Origin: a virus
Lineage: Duplodnaviria > Caudoviricetes
DNA length: 64,000 bases
Virus record (IMG/VR): IMGVR_UViG_3300001525_000584
Location: 32,001-96,000 of that record
Strand: one strand, 5' to 3'
Shown here: piece by piece, positions 62,581 through 64,000 of the stretch
Position numbering within the stretch: position 1 is the stretch's first letter
Layout of the letters: each line of letters starts with the position of its first letter
Notes under the pieces: model-generated
Told to the model about the DNA's origin: nothing
The model's input: only the letters and a program-made list of their open reading frames with translations
Databases searched by the model: none
Program-made: the position numbers and the translations under genes

Positions 62581-63501
62581 ATGACAAACTTTTATATGTT
62601 AATAGGTTTACCAGGCTGCGGAAAATCTTTTTATGCAAAAAAGCTGAATGAAGAAACTGGAGCTATTATTCATTCATCAGATGCCATTAGAGAAGAGCTT
62701 TTCGGCTCTGAAGAAGTGCAGACAGAATCTTCAAAAGTATTTGAGCTTTTACATCATAGAGTTAAAGAAGATTTGGCAAAAGGTAACGATGTTATTTATG
62801 ATGCTACTAATATAAATTCTAAAAGAAGAAGAGCTTTCTTGCAGGAACTTAAAAAATATAATTGTAAAAAGACCGCTGTATTTATTGCCACGCCTTATGA
62901 AAAATGTTTAGAACAAAACAACGCAAGAGATCGAAAAGTTCCTGAGCATGTTATAAAGCGCATGTATATGTCTTTTAATACTCCATGCACGCAAGAAGGT
63001 TTTGATGAAGTAGAAATCGTTTATCCTGAAGATATAAATTTTACCTTTATATCAACTCTTATCAACAGATATTATAAAATAAGTCATGATAATCCTCATC
63101 ACACAGCTGCTATAGGGGAACATATGAATAATGCAGCAGAGCTTTTAGTAACAAAATATATGCCCAAAGTATCTTTAAAAGATGTATGGACTTTATATAT
63201 GGCAACTATTTTGCATGATATAGGAAAACCTTTTACTAAAACTTTTATTAATAGTAAAGGCGAAGAAACCCCTATAGCACATTATTATAATCATAATAAT
63301 GCAGGTGCTTATGATGTATTTTTTACTATGGTTCCCGAAGAGATTAAAATAGATGTAGCTTTATTAATTCAGTATCATATGAATTATTATATGTCGTGGA
63401 AACAGTCCTGTGAAGCGGAAAATAGAGACCGAGCCTTTTTAGGTAAAAGATTATCAGATATGTTAGATATTTTACATGTATGTGATTTGGAGGCGCACTA
63501 A
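62581..63501 (+). CDS. Polynucleotide kinase-like P-loop (AAA_33) fused to an HD phosphohydrolase
   Basis: GLPGCGKS; SSDAIR; DATN; N..R.R.VPE.VI; HDIGKP. Confidence 0.85.
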   Translation: MTNFYMLIGLPGCGKSFYAKKLNEETGAIIHSSDAIREELFGSEEVQTESSKVFELLHHRVKEDLAKGNDVIYDATNINSKRRRAFLQELKKYNCKKTAVFIATPYEKCLEQNNARDRKVPEHVIKRMYMSFNTPCTQEGFDEVEIVYPEDINFTFISTLINRYYKISHDNPHHTAAIGEHMNNAAELLVTKYMPKVSLKDVWTLYMATILHDIGKPFTKTFINSKGEETPIAHYYNHNNAGAYDVFFTMVPEEIKIDVALLIQYHMNYYMSWKQSCEAENRDRAFLGKRLSDMLDILHVCDLEAH

Positions 63502-63511
63502 AAACGTGGAT

Positions 63512-63712
63512 ATGAATATTATAAACTTTAAAAAAGAACTAGCAAAGATATTTAATAGAATGGACTTTTGTGATTTTTCAGTCAGAGAAGATATTCAAAT
63601 TAAAGATCTGTACGATAAAATAACCCATGATTCTTATATAAATGGTGTTGCTGATGGATATAATGACCGAAAATATGAAGAAGAAGCAGAAGCCGGTTTG
63701 CCCTGGTTGTGA
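63512..63712 (+). CDS. Hypothetical protein
   Basis: Short ORF following the kinase gene. Confidence 0.4.
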   Translation: MNIINFKKELAKIFNRMDFCDFSVREDIQIKDLYDKITHDSYINGVADGYNDRKYEEEAEAGLPWL

Positions 63713-63905
63713 TAAATATGTAGGTGTTGCCTGCGTAACTGCGGCATGTCCATTTACTTTAGATGATTATATTCGCAACCATAATTATTCAGAGGCGTCC
63801 GAGTTATCTAAAGACTTTACCTGTAAAAGATGTTATCTAAATAAGGGCTGCGAAGACTGTTGGTTTGTGAATACTGATATGTGTATAAAGGAGTGTGCAA
63901 AATGA
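63642..63905 (+). CDS. Cys-rich small protein
   Basis: About ten Cys, including CPGC, CKRC and CEDC. Confidence 0.5.
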   Translation: MVLLMDIMTENMKKKQKPVCPGCDKYVGVACVTAACPFTLDDYIRNHNYSEASELSKDFTCKRCYLNKGCEDCWFVNTDMCIKECAK

Positions 63906-64000
63906 GAAGTGTATGTATGTGTGACTTCTGTTCTTATATAGACACAGAAGAAAATGTTAAAGAGCATGAGACGCGTTGTTTGAAAAATCCTGATGTTAAA
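63902..64000 (+). CDS. 3'-truncated Zn-finger-like protein
   Basis: MRSVCMCDFC...HETRCLKNP runs off the window end. Confidence 0.45.
   Translation, partial: MRSVCMCDFCSYIDTEENVKEHETRCLKNPDVK

Overview
A 64 kb, AT-rich, almost entirely plus-strand segment of a large T4-like (myovirus or jumbo-type) phage in the standard genetic code. The host is probably a spore-forming Firmicute (inference from the SleB-like hydrolase, strong GGAGG ribosome-binding sites and low GC). 1-20 kb is the tail module: chaperone pair, tape measure, baseplate, collagen tail fibre, S74-chaperone fibre and neck. 20-41 kb is the head module: putative internal head proteins (nucleotidyltransferase, ART-like, SWIM, BspA-LRR), an intein-containing terminase, portal, protease-scaffold fusion, and a gp23-like major capsid gene split by four group I introns, one encoding a NUMOD/Vsr-like homing endonuclease. 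41-64 kb is accessory: RNA ligase, Ro/TROVE-like vWA protein, SleB hydrolase, SLOG-PRTase, TrxB, phosphoesterase, deaminase, three 'FETNSSxxH' paralogues near a radical SAM enzyme, and a kinase-HD protein. Highlights: (1) a ~1.15 kb non-coding, densely base-paired region at 50.2-51.4 kb that looks like a giant structured ncRNA; (2) the five-exon capsid gene; (3) the NSSS-motif/radical SAM cluster; (4) a Glu-initiated class 3 intein; (5) two recurring promoter-like motifs that separate virion genes from non-virion genes. All calls come from manual reading; no searches or folding programs were run.
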